From positions 34,164,001-34,228,000 of the forward strand of contig NW_024704743.1 of NCBI RefSeq assembly GCF_018977255.1: DNA of 64,000 nt. Reading direction: 5' to 3'. Origin of the DNA: Callorhinchus milii (taxonomy: Eukaryota). Positions 38,946 to 52,690 of this stretch are shown in pieces. How positions within the stretch are numbered: position 1 is the stretch's first letter; each line of letters begins with the position of its first letter. A program made the translations under genes and the position numbers. The notes beneath the pieces are model-generated. The model was given only the letters and a program-made list of their open reading frames with translations. It was not told where the DNA came from and made no database searches.

Positions 38946-41900
38946 AGTGTAACAGTGGAAGCATATTACTAGCAAGTCCCGAGCCATGGACATACCCTTA
39001 AACAAAGCATGGAAGCTAACACCCTTATAATGAAAGTGGAGCATAGTTTTCATCTGCTTCAGGCATCTGCTTTTATTCAGTTGCAAAGGTAATTTATCTT
39101 GTCCTTACCTTTAATCCAACATTTTAAAACAGACATAAAACAGAGAGAAACTGAAAAAAGTCCAGAGGGTTGTTGCAGCACAGGGAGGGGAGGTGGTGGG
39201 GGGCACAAAAGTGAAACAGAGTAAGGTCTATTTACTCATTTTTCAGAACTTACTGCATGTAATACTTCAGATGTTTTAGCTTATAACGACAGACTTTAGC
39301 TTGGCTGGCGCTTATCTCTACCAATAAGTTTTAAAACACACTTTCACCTCCAGAGCAATAGTTGCTCTTGAAACCCCTTTAAAACCGTTCTGTCCCACAC
39401 CATAGTCAAAATCTAATTTAAGATCTGCAGAAATGTAGTTATCCACAAACAATTTTTATTGAATAAAAATCACCCCCCCACCCAAAAACAATCTACCACC
39501 TTAACGTAAAACAATCTTGGATAACATCCCAAAGCGCTGCACCCTTCCCAATCAGGTTACTCAGCAAAATAGCATGGTTAAGGCCCAGGGATACAACAGA
39601 GACCAGTGATTCTCAGCGGCTTCAATAATCTGTACCAAGTCATGAAAAATGGCATGTGCCAGTTCATCATGAAAAATAGCAACAAGTACCAGAAAGTCAC
39701 TAAAGTAAGACAAATGCAGAAGCAGGCATGGCTTCCTCGGAGATTCAAGCTAAAACTCGAACTTACTACATACAGTACACAGCAGCTCCTTGCAATGATT
39801 CATTCTTCACCATAGTACAGCAATCATCTGCTCAGCTGCTGTTACAACTCTTCAGTGATGTAAACCATTTGTGAAAAGTCCACCCCAGAACAGTATTTCA
39901 GGACCCGGGAGTGGTGCCTTGATATCTCATTTTAGAATTTCTCTTAAAACTTTCTCCCCGAGCTTTATTACAGCTTGTTGTACGTAGTTCAAGGTCATTT
40001 CTAAGGCACTTTAAGTAGCTATTATTTAAGCCAAGCCATCCTGCCAACATTTCTGAAGTTGCACCATTAGAAAACAGCACTTAATTGGGTCACGGAAGTG
40101 TGTTAAAACACCACCGATGCTACTCAAGCAACAATCAGGGTGAAAACTAGTTCAGCCAACATTCCCGTTAGGATTTTTGACAGTATCTAAACAGATTTTT
40201 CTTTCTGTGTCTTAATAAATGCAGTATATTTGCCCACAAAATATACAATCAATTCACTTGATAATATATTCTGTGAAGCACTTTGAGATGTCTCGAAGAC
40301 GTGATAAGGTGCTATATTAAATGCAAGAATTAATATTCATTATCATGTGGATTAAATGACTTACTTTTTTACTACATGACCTCAAACCTACCACAGAAGT
40401 GAACAGTAAAGAGTACCTCTGTAACAGGAGTCACACATGCGGCTCTCCATTTGTCAGACTGTTACATACACTATAATTTCTCTTCCCCCAACACAGAAAA
40501 AATCAACGTAAAACAGTCTCAGATGACTCGTTTGGTTTGGAAATACGACGATTAAATATATGTTTTTCTATGCGTTTTTTAAAAAAAATTAAAAAATCAG
40601 ACGGTTGATCTTAAAAAAAAATATTTTTCCAGTCACACTACATCTGAATATCGAAGGCAACAAACACTCTGCAGGTCAAAGGTAGTAATTTCTGGTGTTT
40701 ATGTGGCTGAAATAGCAAAGCAACCTCACTCCCAGCAATAGAGCAATGCAGAGAGAGGTTGATTCACATTGCCCACTCTACATCAGACCATTTAAAAATA
40801 ACTAACCCCCTATTTTAACGTTGAATTGGCGGTTACATTTCTAAACACGGTCAAATCGGGTTATTACCTCATTTGTAGCATTTAAAATGTGTTTATACTG
40901 TACTGCAGAGGGTGGGGCAGTATTACTCAACAACACCTACCTCCAGGTGCAAGACACAATCCACACTGGCTCAAGTCCCAGTGTGTACTTTTAGTTCCAA
41001 AGATCACTGTGACGGTCTGCCAAACATCCAGAATAACACAAACTTTGAAAATAACAGGATGCACCTTTCGGGTGCATTGTGTGAAACACCTATACATAGG
41101 CATAGGTGTCAGTATGGCTCGACTAATAGCGCTTTTGTCTCTGGCCACAAGATTGTGGGTTCAACCCTTGAACTCCAGTGTAATAAAATGCCATGTATCC
41201 TTACGCTATTTATCGGCAGTGTGTTATACTATACATAGTAGTGTGCACTGTTGCCAATTTATATTTTCTACATGTCCTATTACCGACAGTTTGTTTATCT
41301 GAAAAGGGGCAGGTCCCGAGTAATGTGGACAGTAGTCTCTGGGAGTGCTGAAACAAACAAACCATTTCTATACTTTTTCTTGGTACTATTTGGCCTGCGT
41401 ACAAGGGAGAAAACAATCACTGATAGAAGATTATATTGTTTCGATCATTTTATTCCTCGCCCCTGCATTATTTTTCACTCTATACGCTGCAACTTCACTT
41501 GAGCAAAATGTTGTTGCCTCCCCCACAATGAGTCAGAACATGCACTGCTATCTATTGAAACAGCAGTGTTAATATGTGTGGGCTAAATGATGCATTGGAT
41601 TAAGACAATACTTCAGGAAACTGCTGTTCTCTCGTTTCTCTCTATCTCATCTTATTTGCCATTTTTCTGATCAATTGGTCTTATCTTGTTTCATTATTTC
41701 CATCTTTACTGCCCTTCATGTCCTTTCCAACACCATGTTTATTAGTATAAATTACAGATTCTAAGGCAATAAATACTTCATGCAGTCTTACAGATGCTTA
41801 AGACTCAATTTCTGCCCAAAGATTTAGCTTTTCAAATATATTTTATTTTAGCAAACACCAGCACACGTGACTGCAACCTTTATTCTTCAGGGATTTATCA

Positions 41901-43169
41901 TACTAATATATTTTTTCTGTTTTCTTGTTCTGACATTAGCATATTTTAGCATTATGATGCACATTACCTTCCTTTTAACAATATTAAAATAAATCAAGTC
42001 TGCTGTTGGTGAGCATCTCATGCTCAATAATAATAATCCTTGCATTTGATATAGAGCTTTATCACATTGAGAAGTCTCAAAGCTTGTCACAGAATTTATT
42101 GTAAAGTGAATTGTCTGTATATTTTGTGGCAGCCAATTGCGCATAGCATTGTCCCGCAAACGTTTGCGCAGGAGATGTAGACCTGTTCAGGTGGACGCCA
42201 AAGATCCCCTGATACTATTTGAAAAAACAAGGCATTTCTTCCCGCTGCCCTGGCCAACAATCTTTTAGATTAATTGACTGTCGAACTCATGCCTGTTTGT
42301 GAGATTGTACTACAGTATACAAATAGCTGCTGCGGCTTAAGCCGCTAACACTGACAGTAATTACTTATTAAGTACTGAAACTTCTAATGTGATAGGGTGC
42401 TTTAAATATACAAGTGCTTTCTTCTTTCTCTTATTAATAAAAATACTATGACCCCAGGACCAACCACTAGAGGATTTTGCTCGTCACAGCCTTGTAATTA
42501 GAATTATAATGTTTGATCAAATCATTTGCTTCCTTTCATCCTGCCAATTCATTATCTCATTTACACCTTCCTCTTTCATCCCGAAGCATTTCCTTTAACC
42601 ACAAACCTTGCTGAAACCTTGTGCATCAATCACATCAACTTCATCCAACAAGGATTGTTACATTCTCAAAGAATTGCCATGCATTTGTTAGGCACAAGCT
42701 CTCTGTCTTCCACAAATCCACACTGCTTTGGATTTACTATGTTTCTTCTCACTGGATTTGTGAGTTCCTTCCCTTGCAACAGTCTCAGTCTCTTATTCCC
42801 CTCTGCAGTTTTTCAAGGAGCAAACACATTTCCAAGGATAATGTTTAGACCCCTTTTATGTAAAAGAATAGAATAATTTAGCCTTGTTTTGGGGTACTGT
42901 TCATGTTGAATAAGCTTTGCAGTTTTCACCACAACACCTCCTTAACAACTACACTTCTTTTAAAACATCCAGATTTATTCTGTTGGTACCTACTCTTCAT
43001 GAATCTTGAACTTCTTCACAACAAATATGTTTATAAATATAAATCAATTTGAAGCGCTTTGAGACATCTAGAAGATATGAAAAGCGCTATATCAAATGCA
43101 AGGATTATTATTATTATTTTTATGACATGCCTCTCTGTCCCTCCACTCCCCCCGCAATAGAATTCAAGA

Positions 43170-43530
43170 TTCTTGTGCCCACTTTCAAATTTTCGACAGC
43201 ATCCCGTCTGTAACCTGACTGATAAAGCCACTCGCTCTGCTCAGCTAACACCGGTCTTCTTTACATTCCCCCACCTGCTCCTCCCCAACATCAGTGAGTG
43301 AGCCTTTAACTGCCCTGTTCTGCAACTTATCCCAGAGTCTCTCCACCTTCAAAGTCCATCTTGAAATCCATCTCTTTGACTGCGCATTTGGCCACCTTCC
43401 CCTCCCCAGATATCCTCCTCTCATCTCCATCCCAGGCTACCAGTCATTTACATGAAACGCTATGAGGCATTGGCCCAACGTGAAAGGCTCAATATTATGC
43501 TCCAAGACCCTATCCAGCGAAGGGAACTAT
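43170..43530 (+). mobile_element. Degraded L2-type 3' end
   Basis: ctctccaccttcaaagtccatcttgaaatccatctctttgactgcgcatttgg matches the other L2 copies. Confidence 0.65.
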
Positions 43531-44849
43531 AAATATGCAAGTTGTATATAAACATAAATCAATTGAACAATGATGTCATATACCTTTCTCACTGTCAAAG
43601 AATGTCATTTCCACTTAACCACACACACTCCCGCTCTACCCCCACTCCCCAATAAATTCTTTTTACATAATAGTTATTAGAATTTGGTTTTCCAAGATTG
43701 ACCCATCCATTCATTAACCAATGAACTACTTTACTACACAAAAAATATGGGAAGTATTCACCCCACTATAAGCTTCTGGAATTTCACCCCTCTCTTTACA
43801 CGCAGATCAACGTGATTTTAAATGCTTCTGCACAAGCATCTCACAGCGATACGCTTTTTTATGCAATCTAACAGCAGCTGCATTTTTCCCTCAAAATAGT
43901 CACACTCCTGATGGTTGTAACATTTACCACACAGGATGAGAAGATTGCAAAGTCTTCCAGTCTTCAGAATTTGCAAACAGAGAACTCTCAAGTCAAAAGG
44001 GGGGTGGGGAGGGAGTTAAGGAATTGGGTTAATTACAGTATCCTATCAAGTAATCTCTGCCCAGCTGGTTTTGTTCATGGTGCTGGTGGAAAGCTTTTGG
44101 TGGTCATTCCTTTACAATAGAAACACGGTGTGGCTGGGAGTCAATGGAGCTGGATGCTTTCTGCTCACACATGGAAGCATTGACTGGCCATCGCACCCGT
44201 TGAAAAGCTGGTTGGTATTTTACGCCCCCCAACTACTGCATTGTAACAGAGCCCGGCTGTACTATTCAAAAAGAAACGTTTCTCCTAGTGTCCCAACTAG
44301 CCACCTTGCAGATTCAATAATCCACCTGTTTGTAGGACCTGGCTGTGAGCAAAATGGCTGTCACATTTTCCCCATATGGAACAGTGACTGCACCCAGGTT
44401 AAACTCTGCTGGTATGCCATTCAGACACTGGTTTCATTTCCGATCACATGAGATGAGGCGATGTGATGCCTGGCAAACATCAGCATGCAAGCAAGTCATT
44501 GTCAGACGCATCCAGGTAACGGAAGGATTCGAGATCTAGAAATGCTTTACTGAATCATCACATATCAGAGATCAATGCACAAAATGCCCTGTCACATTTG
44601 AAAAAAATGTCTTAAGATATGGAAGACTAACGACATCAGATAAAATGGTTCAAGGTTGACTAAATCTTCAATAAGCCTTAAAGTAGCATGATACGATCAT
44701 GACAAGTAGAAACCTGACATTATTTAAGGATATTAACAATTATTGATTTCACTGTTGAGTATTAATGTTGTATTGAGTTACCATTGGTAAAGAAATATAA
44801 TTGTAAAAAGAAATTACAGGAAAATAAATACAAAAAAGTCTTGAACAAC

Positions 44850-45260
44850 AAAAACAACTTGCACTTTTGCAGCACCCTTTCTGGTAGGATAATGTCACAA
44901 AATGTCTCACAACGATAATGGGGAACCCCAACAATAATGGGGATGGGAAGGCGGATTTTGAGGAAAGTGCTCAAAAGCACGGTCGTAGAGATTGGTTTTT
45001 AAGAGGGTTTAAGGGCAGTGAGAGAAAGTACAAAATAATTTTGAAAGTAAGTTCCAAAGACCAGGACACACAGCGGTTGAAAGTTCGGCGGCCGATAGTG
45101 GGATAGAGGGACTGAGGAACAAGCGGGAGAACAGAGCTGGAGGAGCAGAGGATACAGGCAAAAAGATAGGGTTGGAAGATATTGCAGAGGTGGTGAGGGG
45201 TAAGATCATGAATGGATTTGAAGGTTGTGAATCTTGATATCAGTCCACTAGGGAATCGAG
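44850..45260 (-). mobile_element. Degraded L2-type 3' end
   Basis: FTTFKSIHDLTPHHLCNIFQPY...PTIGRRTF on the minus strand, plus an L2-like tail. Confidence 0.7.
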
Positions 45261-45749
45261 AACCGTTGTAATCTGGCGATAAAGGTTGTACGGAACCTGT
45301 CATGAGAAAGGTTGAGGGGTGCAGAGATCTGTGAGAGCCAGAATATGCCTCATTGAATATGGCTAAGTTTTGCTCTCTATCAATCATGGTCTATCCTCAA
45401 TTTGGCAAGAGAGAAACCACAGACATCTATTTCTTAATGAACACCACATTTTAAAATTCCACAACATGTTGAACAGATTCAACAGTTAATATAGAAACTA
45501 AAATACATCCTGTGCTGTGCTGAATGTGTAGTACTTTTAGTGGAGCTTATCTTCAAAAAGTAGCATTTGTGACCAGCACAGGATAATGAAGAAGATTTAC
45601 ACTTAAAATTATGCAAACTTACTGAATGAAATCCACACAAATTGAAAACAGATCAGACACAGCTGCTTTCAAAAAGGAACAGGATGGTTGGTGTATGAAA
45701 CGAAAGGTAGGCCCAAAAAATGAGGCTGGAATTTTAATTTACATGCAGA

Positions 45750-45990
45750 ACAACAACTTGCATTAATATAGTGTCTTCACGCAGGATTGCATCCGAGTGT
45801 TGCAAGGTGGCAGGATTGAATGCTAGGGAAACGGAGGTGACCATAGTCTCGGTCAAGGGGCATGTCTTAAGGTAGGATTTAAAGGTAGATAAAGAGGAAT
45901 CAAGGTGGAGGGATTGAGGCAGAGAGATTAGGGCATAGCGACTGAAGGTATGGGCACCGGTGGTGGCAGGTAGTGATCGGAGCACACTAA
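45750..45990 (-). mobile_element. Degraded L2-type 3' end
   Basis: SLPQSLHLDSSLSTFKSYLKT on the minus strand, with a tgcaagttgttg tail. Confidence 0.65.
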
Positions 45991-47226
45991 AGCAGAATTA
46001 ATGAGAGCTTTTATAGGGGATTAGACAAAAATTTGAAAAAGAAAAATATAAAAGGGTGTAGGAAAGAAAACTAGGGAAGATATGAGGAAAAGAAAAGGCA
46101 GCAATGCTCAGATAAACCTCCTTCTATTCAAGCAACTTTTCTACTGAGTTATTTTACCAGCAAAGATCAACACAGTACAGTTGTTAGAGCAAAAATTGCA
46201 AACCTCCAACTCCCACTTGTTAAAGGCAATCTTCATTGCTGGAGTTTATGGTTAAAACAATCAATCCAACAAAAAGACTGAGTATCCAAAGAAAAGTATA
46301 AACCACCTTTTGTCAATAACGTCTAGGCCTTCCTTAGAGTCTATGAAAATACAGATAAACAAATGATCAAAATATTCCTAAATAACAACAACAAATTGTG
46401 GCAAGAAATATCTGTGAAGCATTTTGAGACGTTTTGACATGATGGGGCTCAATAAAAATGCACGGTCTTGCAAATCATGCCATTGATGTAACATTTATAT
46501 AATACTTATAAATATATTTATACACAAATTATATAGTCAATTCATATTAGTGTATTCTGAAGGTCTATAATCAAATGCAAAGACTTTTTTTTAGAAAACA
46601 GGAGAATTAAAAGGCAATTTCCTGAAATTAAAATTAGATTTGAAGAAACCTAAACTGGCATCTAATTTCTTGGTGCCCAAACAAATACAATTAATCACAC
46701 TTTAGAAACTCTACCAAATCTTTAAGGAAGAAACAAAATACCTTTTCCCTTTAATTTAAATCCTTCTATTTTTTCTCATCGCAACAGCAATCCGTATCAT
46801 CCCACAATAGTTTATAAACTGCAGTGCTTTTCCTTTACAATCCATTTGACAGGAGATAAGATAGATAGTAAAATGGTTCCTAACAATAACAAGCGTGGGT
46901 AGTGAATTGTTCTTTATTGTTTTGTACAACTGCAGAAACTCCATGAAATTGTGAGTAAAGCCTTAGGCAATCTATAACTTTTTATATAACAATCCTTTAT
47001 CCATGAAACACAGAAGCAATTAGGGCCATATATGTCAAGAAAAAAAAACACGCCAAGACTCACTGATGGTTAAATTAGAGGGGCGTCAATAAATTTCCAC
47101 TGAATGCATGACTGAAAGTTGTTTCCACTATGTTTAGGTGCTTTTGAGATTTTATCTTAAGTGAAAGGTACTATATAACAGCAACTTATTGGAGTGTTAT
47201 AAGGATTACCATAGGAAAATAAATGT

Positions 47227-47676
47227 GGAGTCCTGTAGCTCAGTGATTAACTGGGTTCAATTCAAGGCAGGGCGAAACCTTGGGCAAGTTTTCTTACTCC
47301 ACACGCCTAATAATAATCCCTCCAAAAAACAAACTATAATAAATTGGTCATTTTCAATCCACGACTGTTTGTGGGACATTGCTGTGCGCAATTGGCTGCC
47401 GCGTTCGCCCAAAAATATACAGTCAAATCACTTTACAGCATATTCTGTGAAGCGCTTTGAGAAGTCTAGAAGACGTGAAAAGCGCTATATCAAATGCAGG
47501 GATTATTATTATTATTAAATAAATAATAATTTGGTCACTTAATCAGCAATTGGCTGCCGCATTTTGGCCCACAAAATATAAAAATAAAATAATTCACTTT
47601 ATAATATACTGTGAAGCTCCTGTCAAAGACACGTCCCAAGGCACTTCCCATATCAGATGCAAGGATTATTATTATT
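47227..47676 (+). mobile_element. tRNA-derived SINE with a deletion in the head, followed by a second partial 3' copy
   Basis: 47227-47516 matches the family but lacks the anticodon arm; 47522-47676 repeats the 3' part. Confidence 0.85.
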
Positions 47677-47679
47677 AAA

Positions 47680-48045
47680 ACAAGTACAGGAGATCGCCAT
47701 TCGCCCCATTGAGCCTGTTCCGCCACCTTATTATATCTTGGCAGATCTTTTAATCCTAATGTCTCGACCTTTCAGTATATCGTTTCTACTACTGAAATAT
47801 CCATCTCTCTTTCAAACATCTTCCTTCATTCCACCTATATAGTTTCTAGGGCAGAGCATTCCACATATTCGCAACCCTTTGTGTGAAGAAATGCTTCCTG
47901 ACCATAGTTCTATCAGTTTTCATTTTGTAATGGAGCCCTTGATTAGAGGGAAGAGTCATTCAACTATCCAACCTCAATCAAATCTTAACCTCCTCTGCTA
48001 TATGGAATATAATCCCAGTCTACCAAGCGTCTCATCACAGCTATT
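47680..48045 (-). mobile_element. Degraded CR1-type LINE 3' fragment
   Basis: gccattcgccccattgagcctgttccgcca and cattccacatattcgcaaccctttgtgtgaagaaatg match the CR1 3' end. Confidence 0.65.
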
Positions 48046-48743
48046 AATCCAAAGTACATCTATTTGTTCAGTTGGGACATTAAAGAACGCATGGCACTCT
48101 TCAAAATGAGAAGAGACTTTTTTCTCCCAGTGTCTGGCCACAACTCTAAAACATAAAAAAAATTAATCATTCTCTTCATGGCTGTTTCTGAGGGAAATTG
48201 CTGTGCACAAATTGGCTGCTGCATTCACCCACAAAATACACAGTCACTCTGCATTACAGTAAATCTTGTGGAACGCTTTGAGATGTTCTCCTGGCATGAA
48301 GGACACAACAACAAATATAAGATTGTTTTTTTTATTATGTAGCCATATGGTCCCACTCCTTTTATACTTTTCTTTTTCAACTACAGTATCTGTGCAATTC
48401 TCTTTAAAAATCTATTAACCTCAAAACAAAATCTTTGGTAGAGCATTCCATATCCTCAGAAATCTCCTAACCACTGCCTTTTTTGATGATATGGCATTCA
48501 TCCCCTCTAGTTAACTGACACACCAAATAGCTAAAATAATTTGTCTCTATTCACCTAATCAAAAACCGTCATAATTCTGAACAACTCTGTCTTGTTTTCT
48601 CTCAACCGTCTCTGGTGTCCTCTGGATAAGGATGATTAAGTTATTTTCAAACAGTTTTTCACCAATAAATTATTTAGTGAAAGCCAAATGGTAAGAAAAT
48701 ATTCTCCCATATTTGATTTAAAAAAAACTTTTGAACTAGTAGT

Positions 48744-48885
48744 GAAGTAGTAGCATAGTAGTTAATGCGCTTGCCTCACTAGCAAGAGGACCCGGGTTCA
48801 ATTCCTGGACAAGGCAAAACCTTAGGCAAGTTTCCTTACGCCACACGTCTCTGTTCATCTAGCATTAAGTAGGAACCCTGTTGTC
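48744..48885 (+). mobile_element. tRNA-derived SINE head with a different body
   Basis: gggttcaattcctggacaaggcaaaaccttaggcaagtttccttacgccacacg matches the family head, then diverges. Confidence 0.65.
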
Positions 48886-51010
48886 AGTCGCTTAGTAGAT
48901 TGCTTTCCTTGGGTAATATCAAATACAAGTCCAAGTGGCACCGAGAGAGAGCAAGTGGCACAGCGAGAAAGACAAACTGAGAGAGAGAGAGCTACAGCGA
49001 GTGAGAAACAAAATGAGATAAGTGATGGCATGACATTAACAATAAAAATGAAAAATACGTGTGATTTTACTTTGTGGATAAAACCTAAGTTGAAAGGGTT
49101 CTTACCTATAGGATAAACATTAATCCATCAATTTGCTTTTGGGTACAGATCTTACACAGATGACCGCACAGATACTAGTGCATTACCACATTTTCACACC
49201 AGAACTGAATAGAAGGAACAAGCCTCTATTTGGGGAACAAAAGTGCTGAGAAAAGTCAGCACTTCAATTTTATCTCAGGGTTTTTCCTGTCTTTGACAAT
49301 CTTGCTTCAGCAGCAGCCTGGCCGTCCCATGACGCATTGAGAGATGCACGACTACACTCCAACATATTGGTTTGGATCATCTGAAAAACGTCATGGTGAC
49401 ATTCGCATGATCATATTCATCATGGAGATTGTCAGTTTATGTGGTTAGGAAGTTTCAAAAATTGACTAGTGCGTTTGATCTGAGGAACAAAATGAAAAGA
49501 TGAGACATTAAACCGAAATCCCCTTGCCTGTTCTGGTGGGTGTTAAAAGACCCATCGCATCACTTGAAAAGAAGAGTTTCTCCCCTTGTCCTGCTCAATA
49601 AGCCTCCATATAAAACAACAGCAATGCAGGTATTATTATTATAATAAATAACATATGAGCATTGCTTCTGCTACCCCATCAGTCCCAAACCCATGCAGAG
49701 TGCAACACACATTTGCCCTTGACCTTGTTTCTCAAACAATAGTCACTACAACTGATTTGGGAGGTGGGAGAGAATGGGTTAAGAACGGAATGGGTTAAGG
49801 ATAGAATGGGTTAATATTGCATCAGACTAACCAACAAAAAAAACAGACATGGTTTTGACAGAAATAATGTATGTTTAACAGAATCAATAAAATGTAGAAC
49901 AAGGGGGGCGAGGACTCAAGCTCAGAAGCGAGAAGGTAAACAGTACAGTTCAAAGTTAATTACTTTACACAGAAAGTGGTGAATATGTGAAAGTCACTAA
50001 CCAGAAAGTGGTGGAGACTCGAATAGGATTTTTTTACTCCGAACTGCAAAGGCTTTCTAGTCCTGTGCATTCCTATGTAGCCCTCAGAGGAATTGGGGAA
50101 ATTATTTCATTTAATTTATCTTAAAAAAACTTCTGAATGGTAAAAGTAATTAACTTTTTAAAGATATTTAGAGCATATTTTATCTGAATTAATTTTGGTT
50201 ACTATTTATATCGAATCACAGAGAATGCACCCCAAAAAAATTATCTTAGTTTAGCATGGCACAGCATTAGCAGCTTTAACTAGTCAGTGCAAAGCAAAGC
50301 AAGCACTGTATGCATGCAGTTACAGCACAACAATGAAATTCCCCCTCACTGAGACAGAGTGCACAGAAAGAGGAAATGAAAACTATCCATTTTAGCTGCC
50401 CCACTTGCACTACTGCAAGTTGATGCTGTACTGCACAAATGTCACACTTATCAATCGTGGTTTGTTGAAATGCACTAGATTCATGAAATACTGCATTGCG
50501 TAAATAGTTTTAGAGTACAATGGCACTAGAACATCCAGCATGATCTATACAAACACACAAAAGTGAATGCAAATAACGTACAAACAATAAGTAATGTAGT
50601 CCTTTCTGGGGGTAGAGTTACATACATAGTGATCATCAAAATAGGGGCAAAAAGGGAACTATAAAGGATGGGATTCAGAAACTAACAAAAATGCACTGGA
50701 AATGAAGTTTTAGACAAAACTTTAGTCTGCAAGAGCGGGATGGACCATACCTCAGCTGATAACCTTTCGACAGAACTGAAACAAGTGGGCTGGAAGAGTC
50801 CCTTCAGAGGATACACAAGACCAAGAAAGTAAAAACATTAGAAAGAACTTAAAATGCATTCTTAATGTCTGTTTTCTAGCTTCTGTTGTATAACCTTCCC
50901 AGGAACAGGGGAGCGGGAGAACGAGAGAAAAATTTCACTCACAAAATGTTGTTAATTTACTTTAAAATATATTCTGTGAAGCACTTTGAGACACCTCAAC
51001 CATGTGATAA

Positions 51011-52690
51011 CATAGAAACAAAGAAACAGGAGTAGGCCATTCAGCCCTCAAGCCTGTTCTGCCATTCTATAAGATCGTGGCTGATCTGTAACTCAAGTCC
51101 AATTATCCACCCTTGCCCCACATCCCTTAATACCTGACCTAACAACTGTCTATCCATCTTAGTCTTGAAAATGTGAGTGAACCAGCATCCAATTAAAGTT
51201 AGGGGAGCCTTTTGGGGGAGAGTGTTCCAGATTGCCCTTTGAGTGAAAAACTGCCAGCTAATGTCATTCCTAAATTGCCTAGCTCCAACTTTAAGATTAT
51301 ACCACCTTTTTCTGGATTCCCCTACCAGAGGAAATAGTTTATCTGTAGCTACCCAATTGAATATCTTTTTTAAAAACCTCGATCAGATCGCCTCTCAGCC
51401 TTCCAAACTCAGAGGAATAGAGACCACGTTTATGCAAGCTGGCCTCGTAATTTAACCCTTTAAGTCTCGGTATCATTCTGGTGAATTTGCGTTGCACCCC
51501 CTCCAAAGTCAATATAGACTTCCTGAGGTGTAGTGCGCAAAACGGAACGCAGTATTCCAGATCTGGCGATCTGATTGAGGTTTTTAAAATAATAAAGATG
51601 GGGTCTGACCAAGGCTCGATACAGTTGAAGTGCCATTTACTCTCCTTTTATATTCCAGCCCCCTCGAGATAAAAGGCCAAAATCCCATTAGCCTTTTCGA
51701 TAACTTTTTGTACCTGTGACCTTATTTTTTTAGTGATTTGTGTACGTGGACAGGCAAATCCCTTTGGTCTCCACAGTTCTTAGTTTCTCACCATTTAGAA
51801 ACTATTCTGTTTTGCTATTTTTGGATCCATAGTGGATGACCTCACACTTCCCCACATTGAATTCCATCCGCCAGTTTTGCCCACTCACTTAATCTGTCTA
51901 AATCCGTTTTAACTTCTAGCGCTCATCTACACAATTTACTGTGCCTCCTAACTTTGGGCCATCTGCAAATTTTGTTCTGAAACTCTCTAGTCCTTCATCC
52001 AAGTCATTTATTTGGAGTTCTGTAGCTCAGTGGTTAGAGCACTCGCTTTGCAAGCGAAAGACCTGAGTTCAATTCCAGGCAGAGGGCGAAACCTTGGGCA
52101 AGTTTCCTTACTCCACACAGAGCCTAATAATAATCCCTCCAAAACCAAAAACAATAATAAATTGGTCATTTTCAATCGACGACTGTTTGTGGGACATTGC
52201 TGTGCGCAATTGGCTGCCGCGTTCGCCCACAAATATACAGTCAATTCACTTTACAGTGTGTTCTGTGAAGCGCTTTGGGACGTCCTCCCGACGTGAAAAG
52301 CGCTATATCAAATGCAAGGATTATTATTATTATATATATATGAATAGCTGAGGCCCCAGTACAAACCCCTGGGGAACAACACTCGTCACATCCTTGCCAA
52401 CCAGAGAACGTTCCCTTTATCCCTGCTGTTTCCCGCGAGGTCGCGAGGTCACCTCCGATTCCACGCACAGAACCTCTCGCCCGGAACCTTATCAAATGCC
52501 TTCCCGAAGTCCGCGCAGACAACATCCGCGGACACTCTCTTCCTTATCCGCCATGTCGGTGACCACCTCAGAAAGATTCAATCAGGTTCGTCAAGACGCG
52601 ACCGGCCCTTCGCAAATCCACGCCGATTCCGCTTGATCAGCTCCTACTCAGTCTGAGCGCTCAGTCCCCCGCGACCAAAGTTTTAAGATA
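51011..52690 (-). mobile_element. CR1-type LINE (decayed RT to 3' end), interrupted by a SINE
   Basis: CR1 3' terminus at 51011. The minus strand at 52640-52470 gives GFAKGRS/LTNLIE/DVVCADFGKAFDKVP, i.e. RT motifs with frameshifts. Confidence 0.88.
52014..52333 (+). mobile_element. Full-length tRNA-derived SINE (young family), inserted in CR1
   Basis: Head has A-box TAGCTCAGTGG, B-box GAGTTCAATTCC and a TGC (Ala-like) anticodon loop. Body and (ATT)n tail are shared with at least three other copies in the window. Confidence 0.92.

Noticed and set aside
41363..41394. Possible 32-nt minus-strand mini-exon (ttttctcccttgtacgcAG|GCC...ATG|GTTTGT)
   Set aside because: Good acceptor but weak donor, with no other support.
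49771..49813. Three copies of an about 16-bp unit containing GAATGGGTTAA
   Set aside because: Short local tandem repeat, not telomeric TTAGGG, with no sign of function.
52014..52090. tRNA-Ala(TGC)-like sequence (also 14109, 10236)
   Set aside because: Poor acceptor stem, and it continues into a multi-copy SINE body and tail; it is a SINE head, not a tRNA gene.
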